This document shows, piece by piece, positions 1 to 14,625 of a stretch of 64,000 bases of DNA. Under the pieces are notes generated by a model that was not told the origin of the DNA, made no database searches, and worked only from the letters and a program-made list of their open reading frames with translations. The stretch's first letter is position 1, and each line of letters starts with the position of its first letter. The position numbers were made by a program, and so were the translations under genes. The DNA lies in the NCBI GenBank assembly GCA_036172245.1, contig JAYWIR010000020.1:3100001-3164000 (forward strand). Reading direction: 5' to 3'. This DNA comes from Raillietiella orientalis. Lineage: Eukaryota.

Positions 1-1260
1 GTGTTTGAGCGACGACCTCAGGGGAAGAGTCTCAGGGACAGCCGATTCCTCTCAGAGAGCGGCGAGAATGCAGCCCTAGCAATCTCGTTCTTTCCAGCAA
101 TGCTGCTGCCGAAGCGAACACAAAGCGAACTGACTCTCTCGTGGCGACGCGTCTGGACACGGCGCACTCCGCTTCCGTCCAGAGGCCGGTAGCGGATTCG
201 CCGCCGACACCTGATCGAGAGACCACAGGCAGACCTGGGAAGCCACCGATGCCTCCTGTCAAGGCGCTGCGATCTCAGCGCTTCCTTCCTCCGTGGTGCC
301 CGAGGTTGTGTTAGCCGGGATCAGACGAGATAGGTTTCGCTCCATTTCTAGAGGTCTCTGTGGCACGGACTCGACGGAAACTGCTGCCATCGACCCCTTG
401 ACCCCTTCGAGGGGCGAGTCGCATTCTCGTCGGTGGAGTCGACCGTCATGGGACTCACCACTGCGCGGCACTCCTACTTGCGGACTCCAGAATTCTCATC
501 TCCTGAGCTGGAGCATAAGGCTCGACCCTCCGTCAGCAAGAACTCCGCCGGCTGGTACGGTGCCATTCTTCTGGTCTCTCTCTCGAAGGATGCTGGGGGG
601 TGTGGTCCCTGAAAATCCAAGGAACCAGCAACAACGGGCAAGCAACCCGCACGAGCGCACTACCCCAGCTAGTTTGCGCAACAAGCTGCTTTGCAACGGC
701 AAAAGACAGGATCTCGCCTTGAACCTGACCTCAGACGCCGCCTCTGATATCACCATCACTGCTAAGGTCACACATAGTCTTTCATTAAAGCACCGACCAG
801 CTTGCCGAAGAAAGGAAGAGTTCTTGACGTCCACGAGCTGTTTTGAGGTGGTCGGCAAAGACGCTGTTGTCGGGGAGCGGCAGAAGGTGTCACGAGCGCG
901 CGAGAGAGAGGTAAACCAGGATGGTAGCAGCTAGGAACCGTGCCTCACGGGAACGTGGCAACCGAAGAAAATCACAGAAGATCCAGAACCAGCGGTCGGA
1001 AGAATTCCTCTCTCTCTGAAGGCCTATGCCTTCATCTGCATCCACTAGGCGCTCTTTCTTCCTGCAGAGAGAGAGAAATTAAGGATGATCAGCACCGAAT
1101 CTTGCCGCAAGTCCGGCAGCCACCCATGCAATTCTTCTCCTACGCCTGTCGGATAACCATGCATTATCGGAGAATACTCGCCAGGTTACATCCCTTTGAC
1201 GGGATGCCCCTCCCTTCGAGAGGAGAGGAGGACCCCACCGAGACTGCAAGATGGTTCTAA
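1..1260 (-). mobile_element. Degenerate BEL/Pao LTR-retrotransposon gag/protease fragment
   Basis: Minus-strand translation across stops gives a Pao-type Cys/His region (DTFCRSP...FLRQAGRCFN) followed by an aspartic-protease-like VLADGGSS (cf. LLDxGSQ). Heavily decayed; boundaries approximate. Confidence 0.45.
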
Positions 1261-1299
1261 CGCTTCCGGCAGGAGTTCCGAGAAGTAAGCCAGCCTTGC

Positions 1300-2520
1300 A
1301 TGGGAGCACCACCGCTCCGTAGTGACGTGAGCCGCATCGTTGCGAGCTACGTCTGTCCCGACATCCCCGCAGTTCCTAGTTGAATCTCCTGTCCCTGAGA
1401 GCCCGAACGCAGCACTCTTGTTATTGCACTTTTGTAGTAAATTGCCTCAATAATCCGGAATCCTGACGTCATTCTTTCGGGTGCAAGGTAGGAACTGGAA
1501 CCCCACGAGGGGCAAGTTGATGCCTGTTACCGAGGCAACAGAAATCCTCCGACGTCTGGATTTCCCGTGGCTTTCTTTCCTTTTCAGCAGTCTGAAGCCT
1601 TAGTTTCGATCTCAGATGAGCACAGCTGCTTGATGTTTCTGCGTATCGTCGTCAATGCAGCGTTTCCGAGATGCTTTTTTTTCTTCCACTTCTTCCAGAT
1701 GTCTTGGACAGACAAAGATGTAATCAGAAATCCACAGAATCGTCCTCCGTTGCTTTGTCCTCCTCCTCCGAAGATACAGCGTCTTTTAAAAGAATTCAGT
1801 GCTCCTCGGTCAAACTCTGGAGCCATCGGCTTGCATGGCTCCGGTCGGACCACCTCTTTTAAATGGAAACCTGGCTGCTGCTTGCCTGCACGAGAGGACG
1901 CCGGCTGCTGAGAAGCCACATGAATACGTGAAGCAAAATTTCTCCCGTCCGTGAGCGAGGGAGGCGCCATCATATGACGGAAAATTCTCAAGGAGAGGCA
2001 GGAGACGCCAAGGAACGTCTTCCTGGAATCCAGCCTGGTAACGTGAGAGATGGCACGCCACGACGGGCGCGTTAAGAAAGATAGCACGTCCCGACAGTGT
2101 GTGACCCTCGCGGTTGGTCCTAACTGAAATCCTTTGAGTCTTCGGTTTACAGCTCCCCACTGATGCATCCCCCCTCCCCCGCAGCTTGCCTGCATGCTGC
2201 TCATTCCTCCTACAGCAGCATCTCTTCCCCCACCGAAGAAGAGCGCGGCAAAGGACACCAATCAACCCGTCCAACAAGCCGAAGACGCAAAAGGCTCAAC
2301 AGGAGCCGATTCATGCGAAATGTTCCAGGAATCTCTGATGCTGGATGTGTCATCGATATAAAAGCAGTGGAACATTTGATTGAGACGATCCTGGTGGATG
2401 CATCCCTAGCGCAAGCTGCAAATCACGGAAGAAACGACCCAGGGATCTCATCGCCCGGGTGGCTGCCACCCCTTTCGTCCAGGAAGAAGTAAATAAAAAA
2501 AAACACATCTGGGAAAAGGT
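1300..2520 (-). mobile_element. Degenerate BEL/Pao pol 3' end (integrase, DUF5641-like tail) with PPT and start of 3' LTR
   Basis: Minus strand: FLDERG (cf. PFLDxxG), integrase-like segment, VQDIWKKWKKKKHL...PDVGGFLL (cf. FWxRWxxEYL...VGDxVL), then purine tract GCGGGGA (1370-1364) directly followed by TGTCGGGA starting at 1363. Confidence 0.55.
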
Positions 2521-5500
2521 GGAAAATGCCTGCTCGGGAAAACATGGGACCAGACACATGAGATGGAGAAGGAACGATCGTAGTAAGAAGTACTGATGTC
2601 GATGTTCAGTATTTTCCTCGGAAGAAGAATTCTCTTCTATCCTGCTTCTCCAAATCTCCTGGGGTCATGAATGATCGCCAGCTGGCCACCCATATCCATT
2701 GACGATTGTATCCACAGACTGCGCACCGAATGCTTATCGAGGACTGTTGCTGTGCAACCGCGTTTCACTTGCCCTCTCTTTCCCTGCAGCAGGGTTCCTG
2801 TTCTGCTCTCCAGAACCCCTGGACACTCGAGGAGAGAATTCGCGAGTCCGCCGCGTCATCTCGCAGACGTACTCGGAACCCTCTCCGTCACGTGGCCGAT
2901 GCGCCGCACCCAGCAGGGGACCCAAGCCGCTGCGGACCGCAGCATCCGGCACCATGTCTCCAGCTCCGTCCACGCACCGTTCCTTCCGGAAGGAGGAGAG
3001 CACGTCTCAGCACACCCGAATCTTTCCTATTTTTTGTTCCCCTTCTGCCACTCTGCCTCATGAGTTTTGCGCCATCGGTCGCTCTCCTGTCTTCTCTCCC
3101 TTCTCCCGGGAGTGCAGAACGGGGTCCTCATTATAAAACCAGGGAGACCTGCGTTTCTGCCCCTCGGATATCGATCTGTGCCGGATGGACCTGGCGAGTC
3201 GCGCATTACGGACGGGGTAATTGCACACCCGAAACACTGGAACTGCCACGAACGCATCCGTCCGGCATGCAATTCCTGCTCATCCCCGGGAGATCGCGCT
3301 GAAAGGAACCAAGCGGCTACATAAAAGAAATGAGTTTCCTCTTCCTGGTCTCTCTGTCACGCGCGCTCCGGGAGCGCATCCTATGCGTCCTCGGAGCCCG
3401 TTCCATCCCAACGGGTAGACAGATTCGCCCGGTCGGGACACGCACGGGACAACCCCCCAAGCAAATCTCTCCTGGTTGAGAGTTTCCCCTTCCTCTCCCC
3501 TCCCCTCCCCTCCCTGCCGAGAGAATTTCGAGCTTGCAGGTTCCCATCCCTTCCTCCCCCTTCCCTTCCCCCGTGACGCCTTCCCGGAAGGAACGAGCGA
3601 TGGTAGTAGGCAGTGTCTCCACGCCCGTCCGAAGCGAGCGCGCGCGCGGATTGCTCGCTTCCCATTTTCGGAGCTTCGCTCTCGGGCCAGTCGCAGGGCT
3701 GCACGAGAAGAGCGCGGGACAAGAAACTTCCGGAGTACCTCAGCAACGAAGACTTTGCAATTCCTGCTGGTAGCGGGAAGAAGGCGAGGAGGACAAGTAG
3801 CAGGGATCCAGCCGTTGCACCGAGTTGCCCGGCAACGCGTGGTAGAGCTGTCTAAGAGAGAAGCACAGCGCATCTTCCAGCAGATGGAAGAGGGGGGCGG
3901 ACCATCATTTTCTGTAGAAGGCGAGGGGGGAAGAAGAAAATGTCCTCCTCCAAATCGGATTGAGCCTCCGCATCCTCATCAGATCAGGAGCTCTCCGCAC
4001 CGCCGGGGGACGGTTGCTGCTCCTCCTAAACCGCTAATCGTTAAATGTGGGGTTGCCTAGCAATCGACCTCAAAAGGCAAGCAGCAGCACCGCGTCTGGC
4101 TCTAACAGTCGACTGCCTCCCCATCCTCAAATCCTTTCATCCCGGGACTCGGTTCAACTCAGGGATGCAAGTAAGAGAAAACCCTGCGCACCTATTGCTC
4201 GTTTGTAGTGAGAGGTGGCGCTCACTCGGAAGAGGAGAGCGAGAGCAGCGGTTCTCCACGCAGCTGCCGACGGCCGAAGATCGAGAGGGTCGCTGATGCA
4301 CGTGCCCCGCGCGGTCTCGAGAGCACCGGACTTTTCTGCAGTCGAAAAGAGAAGCTTTTTCTCCTCCCATCCGGATGCCAGATGACGCGAAGGAGCGGAT
4401 AGACTTGACCGCTTCCGCTCTGCTGCTCAGCGTATCGCCAGTAGCGGTTTCGGCTGGTTCGCGATGCAGCCAGGATTGGGATGGAGTTGCGGGAGCGCCC
4501 CATTCAAAAGGATGCGCGGCCGGGGTAAGGGAGGAAGAATCCCTTAGGCAGGGTGACTCCTCTTCCCAGCCTCGTCGATCTTGACCACCACGGATTAGCC
4601 AAGGTCCTCTTCTCTGTGTGTCCACTCCGTGCAGCGAATTTTCCAAGTCGGGGAGGGAGAGTTGTAGAAACCGCACCGGAGTCTCGTCAGGAGAGAAGTC
4701 TCAGGGGGTGCTTTCAACGGACATCCCTGCACTGCTGTACGACCGTCGAGGCCATCAGCCCGCGCAGAGCTCGGCGATTCCGAGGTCCCGCGAATCCCAA
4801 CCGAGAACCAACAACCAGTTTCGGACAGATGTCTGGGTTCCGAGTGAGAGGAGAACGGGAACGGTCGCAAGAGCCTGTCCCTCGGGCGCCCACGCTTGGG
4901 AGCGGAGAAAAGAAAAGGGAAAACCCCGAGACAGTGCAGGAACGCGGCCTTCGACGACTTTACGGGGACGGCGGCGGCGGCAGCGGCAGCGCACAGGCCG
5001 ACGACCAGCCTGGAACCAGCCGCGAGCATCGCCGCCGCCACGCCTCGCAGCCTCCGGTGCTGCTCACGAAGGGCTGCCGTCCGCCGAGCGACGCGACGGG
5101 CAGGACGGTGCCGCGGGGCGGGGTCCGTCCGACTGCAGTCAGACGCGGGGAAAGCACCCGAGGGACGGAAACGGCCTCCTGAAACGTGCACGGTTACGAG
5201 ATCAGGAAGCGGAATCACCACCAGCCCATCGCCTCCCTGAGAAACTGAGAGGGTCCCCCCGTAGGGACGATGCTGGAATGGGGAAAGACCGCCGAGGCAG
5301 TTCATCGGAAGAGCCTCTCTCCCTCCGCCGGTTCCTCCTTCCCGCGCTCTTTTGCCGCGGCCAGGAACGCAGGGAAGCGCGCTCGCGGGTCGAGCTCGAG
5401 CCGCGCTCGCTTCCCGAAAGGAGGCCGTCCGGAAGCGGGAAGAAGGAGGAGCACAGCCTGGGTAGGCGATGCCAGGGGCGTCTCGCCAGAAGCGTCTCTC

Positions 5501-7449
5501 GTTTGCATTCCAGCGAGGCATCGCACAGCCACAACGGGTCGGCACCTCTACACACCCATCCATCCTCTCCCCCGACGGACGATCGCCGGCTCCGAACCCT
5601 CGCAGGTTACATCGAGATTTGTGCTCACGGAACACAACGAAGCGCCTCTGACGCCCGTTTTCAAGCGAGCGCCAGACGAGACCAAGATGGCGGCGATCCT
5701 GTTTCCCTCCTGGGCCATGTCCTGATTCAATGGGATGACCTCGAACGATCCGGGCTGCTGGCCTCGACCCCCCATAGACTGGCGGTTTCCCTCCTTAGTC
5801 TGTGGAACACGCCTCAGACGTAGCGGCAGACGGGGATGCTTTCTGTATGCGATGGTTTAGAAGATGCTGTGGAGCCTCGTCCCGTCGTTGGCAGCGTACT
5901 CAGAACCGATCTTCTTGCCGAGCGTTCTCGGATGGGGAGGATGCTGAAACGAGCTGAGTGTGGATGAATCCGGAAAACTCGGCCTTCACCGGTGCAGAGA
6001 GAGTTTTGTAGGTAGGTATTGACTGGCTGCCCTTGGGAGAAGATGTAAGTGCTTCTTAACAATCTGTCTGATACTTCTATTAGTGAAAGAACATTCTTTC
6101 TTCGGCTGGATGCTCCGCCCGTTGATGATGGACCGGTCCTGAGAAAAAAAATGTTCTCAATACATCCATCCACCTTCTTCCAGGCGGATAGTCTGCTATG
6201 AATGAAGACGCATGCAATCGCAAGAGCGAGGCAAAGAAACATCAACTATGAGAAAGTTCTTTCAGCGCAGGTCATCCACCACACGAAAGTTTTGCAAAGG
6301 CGTTGGCTTTTACCTGAGGCTTTCTCTGCCTTGAAAAAGTTGATGAGACTTTGCCGAAACCCCGCGCCGTCCCGAAGACCATCTTCCCGTCGATGAAATC
6401 CATTGCACCAGTGCTGCAGGCGGGAACGGAAATAACGAGCAGCTGCATGCGCACGCATGCAAAATCGGAAAAGAACTTTCCATTTCTGGTTTAATCTTTT
6501 CTGTCCACTTATGTGTCTTTCGATTCTTGTTTTGTTTTGTTTTTGTCCTATGGCACCAGCTCAGTCGCATGACACAAGAGAAATCGAATGGGACCTTCGT
6601 GAGAAGATGGAAATTCAAGTGTATTTGAATGGCACCTCTGCCCTCCTCCCTATCTTCGTCCCCGATGGTTTTTCTTTTCCCTATCGAGCTTGTCATCGAG
6701 TCGTGTATGGAGCTGATAAGGATCTGTTACGAGCTGCGAACATCAGGCATGTAACGAGGCGAGCTGACCAGCGAACCCGTTAAGGCGGTCCGTGCGCCCA
6801 GGGAGTTCCTATAAACAGCTTGTTATGGACGTTTGTTGCCTGCAAAGACGAGAGAGCTGCTCCGTTCTTCCTTTCGTGCGAAACAACTTGTTTGGCGGGG
6901 TCCAGGTCCCCTTTTGACTGTTGCGCTCACTCAGGTCTGGAAGGTTCTCCAGTTGCTTCGAAAGCGGCGACAGGCGGCGGTACAACGGAGACGGCTTCCT
7001 CGGCCAACTCGCCCACGAGGGCGAACGTCGAACTTCCTTCGAGACGGATCGAGCATTGTAGGCAACGACTTCGTCGCAGCTTCACGCCCGCGTTTCCGGA
7101 AGAAACGAAGTGATTGCATGGAAGGTCGAAGTCATTTCCCGCCCTCCCTTGATAGCGTAGCCCGTGCGTCCCCTGTCCATTGAAACACACGGAGCCTCCT
7201 ATTCTGCAGGGGAATGCATCTGAATTTCCCTTGCCTTCTCCTAGTGTTTCGCCTAGCATCACCCTACTCTTACCCAGATTTTACCTTTCCAACAAAAGAG
7301 ACTGTCACGGCTCACTTTAACCTTTAACCCAAGGTCTCGTTGTTCATGCTCCCCCGATTCTTAGATTATCCATGTCTTAATTGTGATTGTATAGCCGCAT
7401 TGACTCGATTGCTTGCATCCGGAAGCCCCAAGATCCCCGGAGCGTTTGC

Positions 7450-8950
7450 TTTCCTTTACTCAGCCATTTGCATGCTGTTCGTCATGACGTTAGCATGACG
7501 TGTTTGCAAGGACATGCCATCGGTGGGACCGAGTAAGGAAGATGCTGCTGCCTTGCGCCTGTACTTTGGTTTTTCCGGAGTTGGAGACAGCCTGCAGGGG
7601 CGTGTTCTCCTGGGTCGTTCGCCTCTTGCTATCGTGATGACATGAAGCAGCCAGGCAACGAAGCGTCTGTCAGGTCTAGTGGGATTGTTTCGGTCGATTT
7701 CCAGGAAGGGCCTTCCCCGTAACATCATCTCCCATCGAAGATGCTGTTCTGCATTCCTGTTGAAAACAGGAATGCAAAATAGCGTCATCCACCCAGCAGG
7801 GCCCTCTTGGAGGAAATTGGATCCTCGGATTCTTGGCCATCCCAGAAGCAGGTTAAGCATTGCTTGCGCCTTTCTCACCTTTAGGGTGCCCTTCATCTGG
7901 ATGCTCACGCAAGAAGTTCCATCCCTCTAGTTTTCGTGGACCTCTCTCCACTCCAAATCGTTGACAGTGCGACGTGCCTACAATCCCCTTAAGGCCAGGT
8001 TCTGTGCCGATATCTCCTCCCTTCTGCTGCCACACCCAGCCGTAGTCCTCACTTTTGCACGCCCCTATTCTGCCCAGCAAAATAAGTTGTGGTCCATCGT
8101 GGGTCTTGTCTGCTTCCTGTGGCTGACTCTCAATGTTGGTGTTCCTTTAGATTGAATTGCAGGATTTCCCGTTCCAGTGGTGGCACAAGGAAGGTGTTTC
8201 GTTGTGCCACCGTCGGCACAATGAAACACTTTCCTACACTTTCCTTCTCTGAAGTGTTTCGTTGATAGCATCTCTCGCACCGAATGAACTGCGTGCTTTG
8301 CAGGTTCTCGAAGGTTCCGGTGCTCTCCAGGACGCAGTTGGACTGAGAGAATGCCTACGTCTGCTTTCGTCGAGATGCTGCAACAGATGCAGCCCGTCTT
8401 CTCCCGAACTGCATTTCTCTCAGTGTACACACAGCCAGGACTCCCCATTCCATGGGAACGAAATCCTGTTCGTACGCAATCTATGCTAATGTCGGCTATG
8501 GTACACACACTGAGCATCTCTTCTCTCCTGGAGAAAATTGTCCAGATACTCCTTGTACTGTTCTCTCTCACAGGGTTGGCTGAATTATGAGGCTTCCCCT
8601 GTTCTTCTATGCATGTTGTATAGACAACTCCACCTTCCGTTGAGCCTGCAGAAGTATTGCGTACAGAAGGCGCCCCCTTTAGACAGAGAGAATCGTTGCT
8701 GTACTTGGAGAGAGTTCTTCTTCTCCATTCCTTCCGCACTCTTCATGTCACAAATGTCCGTCTGGATGGCATTCCTGGACTATTTCCAGTGTGTTCAGGA
8801 CTTCCTCATTGTCCATCCCCCTCCGTTCCTCTTCTTTTTTTCCATAGACTGGCAACATATCTTCGTCTTCCGTGAATCCACTCGGGATGTTGCCTCAGCA
8901 CGGAGGAGCACCCGTTTGCTCCAACTTCCGACCTTTATTGCTGTGTTTTC
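7450..8950 (-). mobile_element. Degenerate BEL/Pao gag-like region
   Basis: ORF 8065-8739 contains a decayed Pao zinc-knuckle array (LSTKHFREGKCRKVFHCADGGTTKH..; SLCH in the adjacent frame). Frameshifts and stops throughout. Confidence 0.4.
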
Positions 8951-9599
8951 ATCTTTCCTTGAAGTTGCACCCTGAACAGAACTTCAACTTTTTCACTAAT
9001 AATTCTAAATAATCAAAAGCGAGACCTTGAAAGGATAAGGAGTGCCTCCGCAGTCAGGGAGCGAATTCGCCGATGATACGCAGGAAAGCCATGGCTCCAC
9101 ACCACTCCACCGTTCGTCCGCGTGCATGGAGCATTTTCCCATCTGTATAACTTTCACTTTTCCAGTGTGCCAAGTAAAAACACGCTGCGTTGGGCGTTTG
9201 TCTGTAAGCGGCGTGAGAAATGCATTTAGGAAATTATAAATTGGATGTCTGACGTATCAGAAACACATGAGGGGAAGACGAAGGAATGTGGTTTTACTGA
9301 TGTTCTGAGTACACCTGCTCATAATTTGGATAATGCATTGAAAGTGTACTCGAGCAACATTCTTGGCTTCAAGAGGCAGATCAGCAATCGTTACGAGCTC
9401 TGCAACCCAGTGAGGTTCAGATATTTCCGTGTTGGCTGCTTGTACAGTGGCGCAAATAGATGCCACAAACGCGACACTCGGATGTGTTTTCTACACATAT
9501 ATAAAACAGATGCGGAAGCACCTCCACGTATGCATCCGTGCTCTTATACACACAGGATTCACGTGTGCATGTGAAATGGCGAAACGATGGGAAACGTGA

Positions 9600-10150
9600 T
9601 TACGAAAATCCCATCATCTAGTGATCCCACCCACCTCGCAGGCTAGCGAGATGAGAAGGATTATCGATCATAACAAATCAAGCAGGCTTGAGTAGTTTCT
9701 CTGGATGGGAACTCTCTGGGTTTCTGGACTGTTAATTACTGCAAAACCTCCAAAGCTCTTTCGATAATTAACTTATCTGTTTCCCTGACTACGATGACTG
9801 CTCGTGACGTGAAGCATGCGACGATGAAACACTTTCCCCGTACTCTTCGATCTGAAAGAGCAACGTGATATCTCAGCCGGTCTGTAGCATCGAAAGAGAT
9901 GACGATCTATGAGACTAGCGAGATGTTTGTCCAGGAAGCTCTCTCCGAATGCATTTCGGCTTGGCAACACTATGACAGCATACCAGAGGTGTTCCCCTTC
10001 ACGTGATCCGTTTTCGAAACGTGGGTCACATCGAGCTTCGAACTCTCTCATCATGTGTGCCGCCTCCTATAGGAAAGCAAGAAGGACTGTCTTTAAGAAG
10101 GACCCACCTCCCCGGATCTGACGCTGTGCTTTAAAAATTAATCTTCCTGC
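9600..10150 (-). mobile_element. Degenerate BEL/Pao integrase fragment
   Basis: Minus frame reads KCFIVACFTSRAVIVV (cf. CLFTCxxTRAVHLE) and SFSSR*PARWVG (cf. FIPPxAPWWGG). Confidence 0.55.
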
Positions 10151-10438
10151 ATTTCATCTAGCTATTCATGCAGTCTGTGATGAAAACGCGAGAATGTCAA
10201 GATGTCAATCCTTTGTTACTTCGCATAGAGGATGACCGAAGGAATTCATTTTAGGAATGGAGATTTCGTTCGAAGAAATAAATATCTATCCTCCTTCTTA
10301 CATGCAAATGAAGCGAGACTGTGGTGGAATCCAGGGAGAGGCACAAGACCGGTAACCAGGTTGCGATTAACGGGAACGAATTTCAGGGTTTCCAGAAAAG
10401 GGTTCTCTCGCATCATCATGATTGATTCGATGAGTTCA

Positions 10439-11155
10439 TGATGCTCCCATTGTGAAAAACCCTTTCACACGTTGAAGAATTCGAAAAGCATCAAGAACAT
10501 TATACGGAAGAAGCTACAGATGAAGATGTTTCGATGCGGTTTTCATGCCAATTCCAGTCCTTTCTCCTCTTTTCTGGACCATGCTTTTGTCTTGCCTCCA
10601 ACCTGCAGTAAGAAGATCGAGATCACTGCACTCTCGCGATGAAGGATGGAACCTGCCTTTGCTCCAAGCTTCTGCTTGAGCACCTAAGACTGGGAGACGC
10701 TGCCCATCTTGTGATCTTGAACCGCCTGCCATCTAGCTGGAAGTGGAATGCAAGCCCCTTCCCAGGCTGCTTCCGAAAAAGCCGGGCTCTGTCCTGAACC
10801 AACCCTCCTGGGAACTCAGTGATCGGGAAGTGGTGGTCTGAAAATCCAGATCTCTCACCTTGCAAGATATTGCAGAGTGAAAGGACGTGAGTGTCTATGC
10901 TGGATTTTTGTGCTGGATTCAGAGAGGTGGCAGAGAAGGCTGTATCCTGATAAGAACCGAACTTCTGCCACCGGAATCTCCCACACTTCTTCAGCTCATT
11001 TCCCCTTTCAGTTCTGCTTGTGCCAGGATACTCATTGATCAAACATAGGATTGTTTTCCATCGAAATAGTTCCGACCTGTAGCTCCTCCCTACGGTTCCT
11101 GGTGTTTTTTCGAATTCTTCAACATGTGAAAGGACTTTTCACAATGGGAGCATCA
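10439..11155. repeat. ~80-bp imperfect inverted repeat (10439-10519 / 11077-11155) formed by two opposed Pao gag zinc-finger fragments
   Basis: tgatgctcccattgtgaaaa...gaagctacag matches the reverse complement of ctgtagctcc...ttttcacaatgggagcatca. Both arms encode CSHCEKxFHxLKNSK; the minus copy continues to a GDSGGRSS protease-like motif. Confidence 0.75.
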
Positions 11156-14100
11156 ATAGTTCACTGCGTGGGGGCAGAACAGCAGATCAGTGGACCATGT
11201 TGTCCGCCAAACTACCTGTGACCTCAGTGACTTGCGTTTGTGTTTCCTGATGAAGTTGGTCCTGATCTCCCCATAATCCCACCACTGGTGCTATGACTTA
11301 CCAGCCTGAATCTCTGATGAGTCCACAGTGTTTTGTGCCTTCATTTGAAATTTACAATACTCCACACGAATCTAGTTACTTTACTTTAGGCACTGTCCGT
11401 ATTTGACTGTTCTTCATGCACGACTGCTTGCTTGTGATCACGTGATTGTTTCTTCTCGCTTTCTGAGGTGAAAATGCCAAGTTATCTCAGAGATTTTCGA
11501 GAAGCCTGCAAGAGCAAGTAATTGACTTTTCTTTCTAGAGTATCATTTGTCTTTCCTAAGACAATCCTTTGTTATGACCATTTCCACCATTTTTGCTAAT
11601 GCAACCTTTTCGGTATTCTTCACTTCACATGCATCACATTCTCATAGGATAATTGGTACGAATCCCCAAATTAAACTTCACACTTCGTCCAACTTCAATC
11701 CCCACCCCACTCCTTACAAAGATGTCATTTCTCATGTACTGCCTTTTAAGACGCCAGCCACGAAAACTCTGGTTGAATCTCCAAAAGCTTCTCGAAATTA
11801 TAATGAGTTTTAATAAGAACCATCTTCTCTAAAATTTAAAATACTTTTAACTGGGTTCGGAATTTTCGCGGTGTTACACATCTTTCTATTTTTTACAACA
11901 TTGATTCCAGACTTGTGTCTCAGACTACAAGGCTTTCTAGACATCTCTTGAATCTCATTCAAAATACTGGTAGAGATTTATGGAATTTCAAATACTTGGG
12001 CGATGATTAAAGTCCTCTGACACTGCGGACCTCGAAAGTTTGACTTCAGGTTTCAAATCTAATGTTGACGGTAAAGACAGATGGAGAATTTTGCGAGTCT
12101 TAAGCTCTCTTCAGTTTTCAAGGTGATCATGTGCATACATGCAACTGCGTATGCATTTAAATCCATATACCGACTAATATATGTGCATGAGTATCTATCG
12201 TTCTTGCATCTGTATCATTGTATCATTCATCTTGTACAGATACGCTGCGTCACACTACTGTATCTAAAGCAGTAAGTGTTGCCATAAAGAATTGTGCATT
12301 GCTTCAATATGCATTATAAATGCTCATGCCATGGTTTGTTTGCAAATGTTTGCTTACTTCTCCTATGTTATTTAGCTTTATGTTCATGTCTGTGTGATAA
12401 TTGGTTATATTTCATATGTTTGCATGACTATTCTTCGTCTTAATGAAATCATCCTCCAGACTATTGAACTGCTGTTCTTGTAATAAATCACAAATAATTG
12501 TTATGAAGTTATTACGTACAATCCTCTTCATGGTTTCTGCACTGCTGTGCATCCTTATCTTTTAATAAGAAATCCAGGGCTCTTGTAATCAATTCATAAG
12601 CTGTCCTTAATTTTGTTTCTGTTTTCCACTTTTTATTCAAAAGAGGAAAAATAACATATTGCTTGGCTTATCCGTTAACTCTGTGCTAGTTTTGACAGCC
12701 TTCATTACATAAATGGTTAAATTATTTTTGAGAAAAAGGAGGAAACTGGGAAAAGGAGACCCAATTCAGGTATTGAAACATGCAGTTTTATGCGAGCTGG
12801 AAGTTCAGTTTATCTTAATCGTTACTAAATCCACCAAACTTCATTCCTTCCTCCATCCTATACATGAGATGTATGCGTAGTTTGGCAATGATTTCTTCTT
12901 ATGAAAGTTCGAACGAAGGTTTTCGTATAATGTCTGTGAAAAGCATCACAGTAATCTTGGGATATGCTAAGCATTATATTTCAGTGATTTTCTCTCTGAG
13001 AAGAATCGGGTAGCAAATATTTTCCAATCTCACGCCAGTACTTGCAATAGAGGAAAATGATCAAAGACAGCATTGCGTTCCTCCTATGACGATCCATTCT
13101 GCTTCAACAGACTTAAAACCATCACATGTTTAAACAGATTCTGTGTATAAGTTATTGGTTCCTTATTCTGAAAATTGGAATGTCTAAGAACCATATTTTC
13201 TCGTTTTTCTTCACTTTCCTCTATGCATTTGCTTCTTGGGCACATTTATCCTAGGTTAAACGAACACACTTTCCATAAAATAACAATGTCCTCAAGAACA
13301 ATAAATCATCATAAAACCTTCATTTTCCAAAATGTAGAATTAAATGCAAAACTTATATGACCGGCAATTAATAATGGTAATTTGCAGTTAGATACTCTGT
13401 TAATTAAAGGATTCATCAGGAAAGGATTCTCACATTGAACAGAGAAAAAAAAACATTGAACATCACGATTGCAAATAATTCTTTAAAATTGTTCTGCATA
13501 ATTAACACGATTAAGGGTTGATTGGTAATGACAATGCATTTTCCAATTTTTAACATCTTCACGTAATTAATGTAAAGTCAGCACCTCAACCTCGGTTCCA
13601 TTGCGTCCATTCGTATTTCTCCTATGTTTCATCACGCACTTATAGGACGTGATTTTCCCATTATGGAAAGAATTCTAACTTTGAAGGGATTTGTTTTTTA
13701 ATTTTAACGAACTATTTGAAAATGTGATTTGCAGCCATATTTTGTGAGCAACTTGAAGGTTTTGTCGATATGTTTTTTTGCTGTGAGTATGAGAAAGAAA
13801 CTCCCAAGTGATTCCTGTTTGGTGGTCCTCCCTTTGCTGAAGATTGTTCGTGATGTTTTTAACATATTTCAGTTAACTTAGTTTTGTGCACATTTCTTCC
13901 ATGTACTTCGTTCTCTAACATTAATCCTTGCATGGCAAGAAACTAATTCCATCTTCAAGAGTACACTGTTTCTGGTGGAAGCATCTGTTACGGGTATATA
14001 TGTCCTCCTTGCCTCACCATGTAATGTACCATTCCATTTCAGCCAAAATCTTAGCATAATAGTTCAAATGAGAAACAGGAAGTTAAAACGAATCCTTCTC

Positions 14101-14625
14101 TTTGGCAAGTAGATTGCTGTCTAGTGGTTCATTGGTTTAGAGAAACTGCTTGCAAGTACCTTCATTTCCAAATAGGTTATCAGTGCACTTATTCTTTCAG
14201 TGGACAGTCACATAATTTAAAGAGGAAAGAATGGGACAAATGCCCTACTTTCCCCCAAGTATCTTTTAAGCTTTTTAACATATTTATCCATTAAACTGTC
14301 GTGTTTACTATAATGGAATTGCTGTTCCCCAAGATATACCAAATGCATTTTAGCCTTACACATGTTGTCTTTTCCTTTGGGATTTCCAACTGTTACTATA
14401 TTTGTGGCCTCTGCTTCAGTCACTTTTGTCAAAAGAATCTGTAACTGACTAAATTTTCAACTTGGAGACTAACTGAAGCATGAAGCTCGCAATATCCTCT
14501 AAGCTTATTTTTGACAGTTATGATTTAACTGATATGAATGTTGTGATTGTGTTGTTATAAAAACATTCCAGTTATATTCTCATTGTACGCTTGACCATTC
14601 CTTATTGCAGCCATAGCTAAAACTT

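Noticed and set aside
4553..5823. Long overlapping ORFs of 209-401 aa on both strands
   Set aside because: Arg/Gly/Pro/Ser-rich open frames are expected in very GC-rich DNA; no recognisable domain.
12700..14460. Possible hAT and piggyBac C-terminal remnants upstream of MyD88
   Set aside because: Only faint motif echoes (FPLLQVLA...FFSER); too decayed to call.
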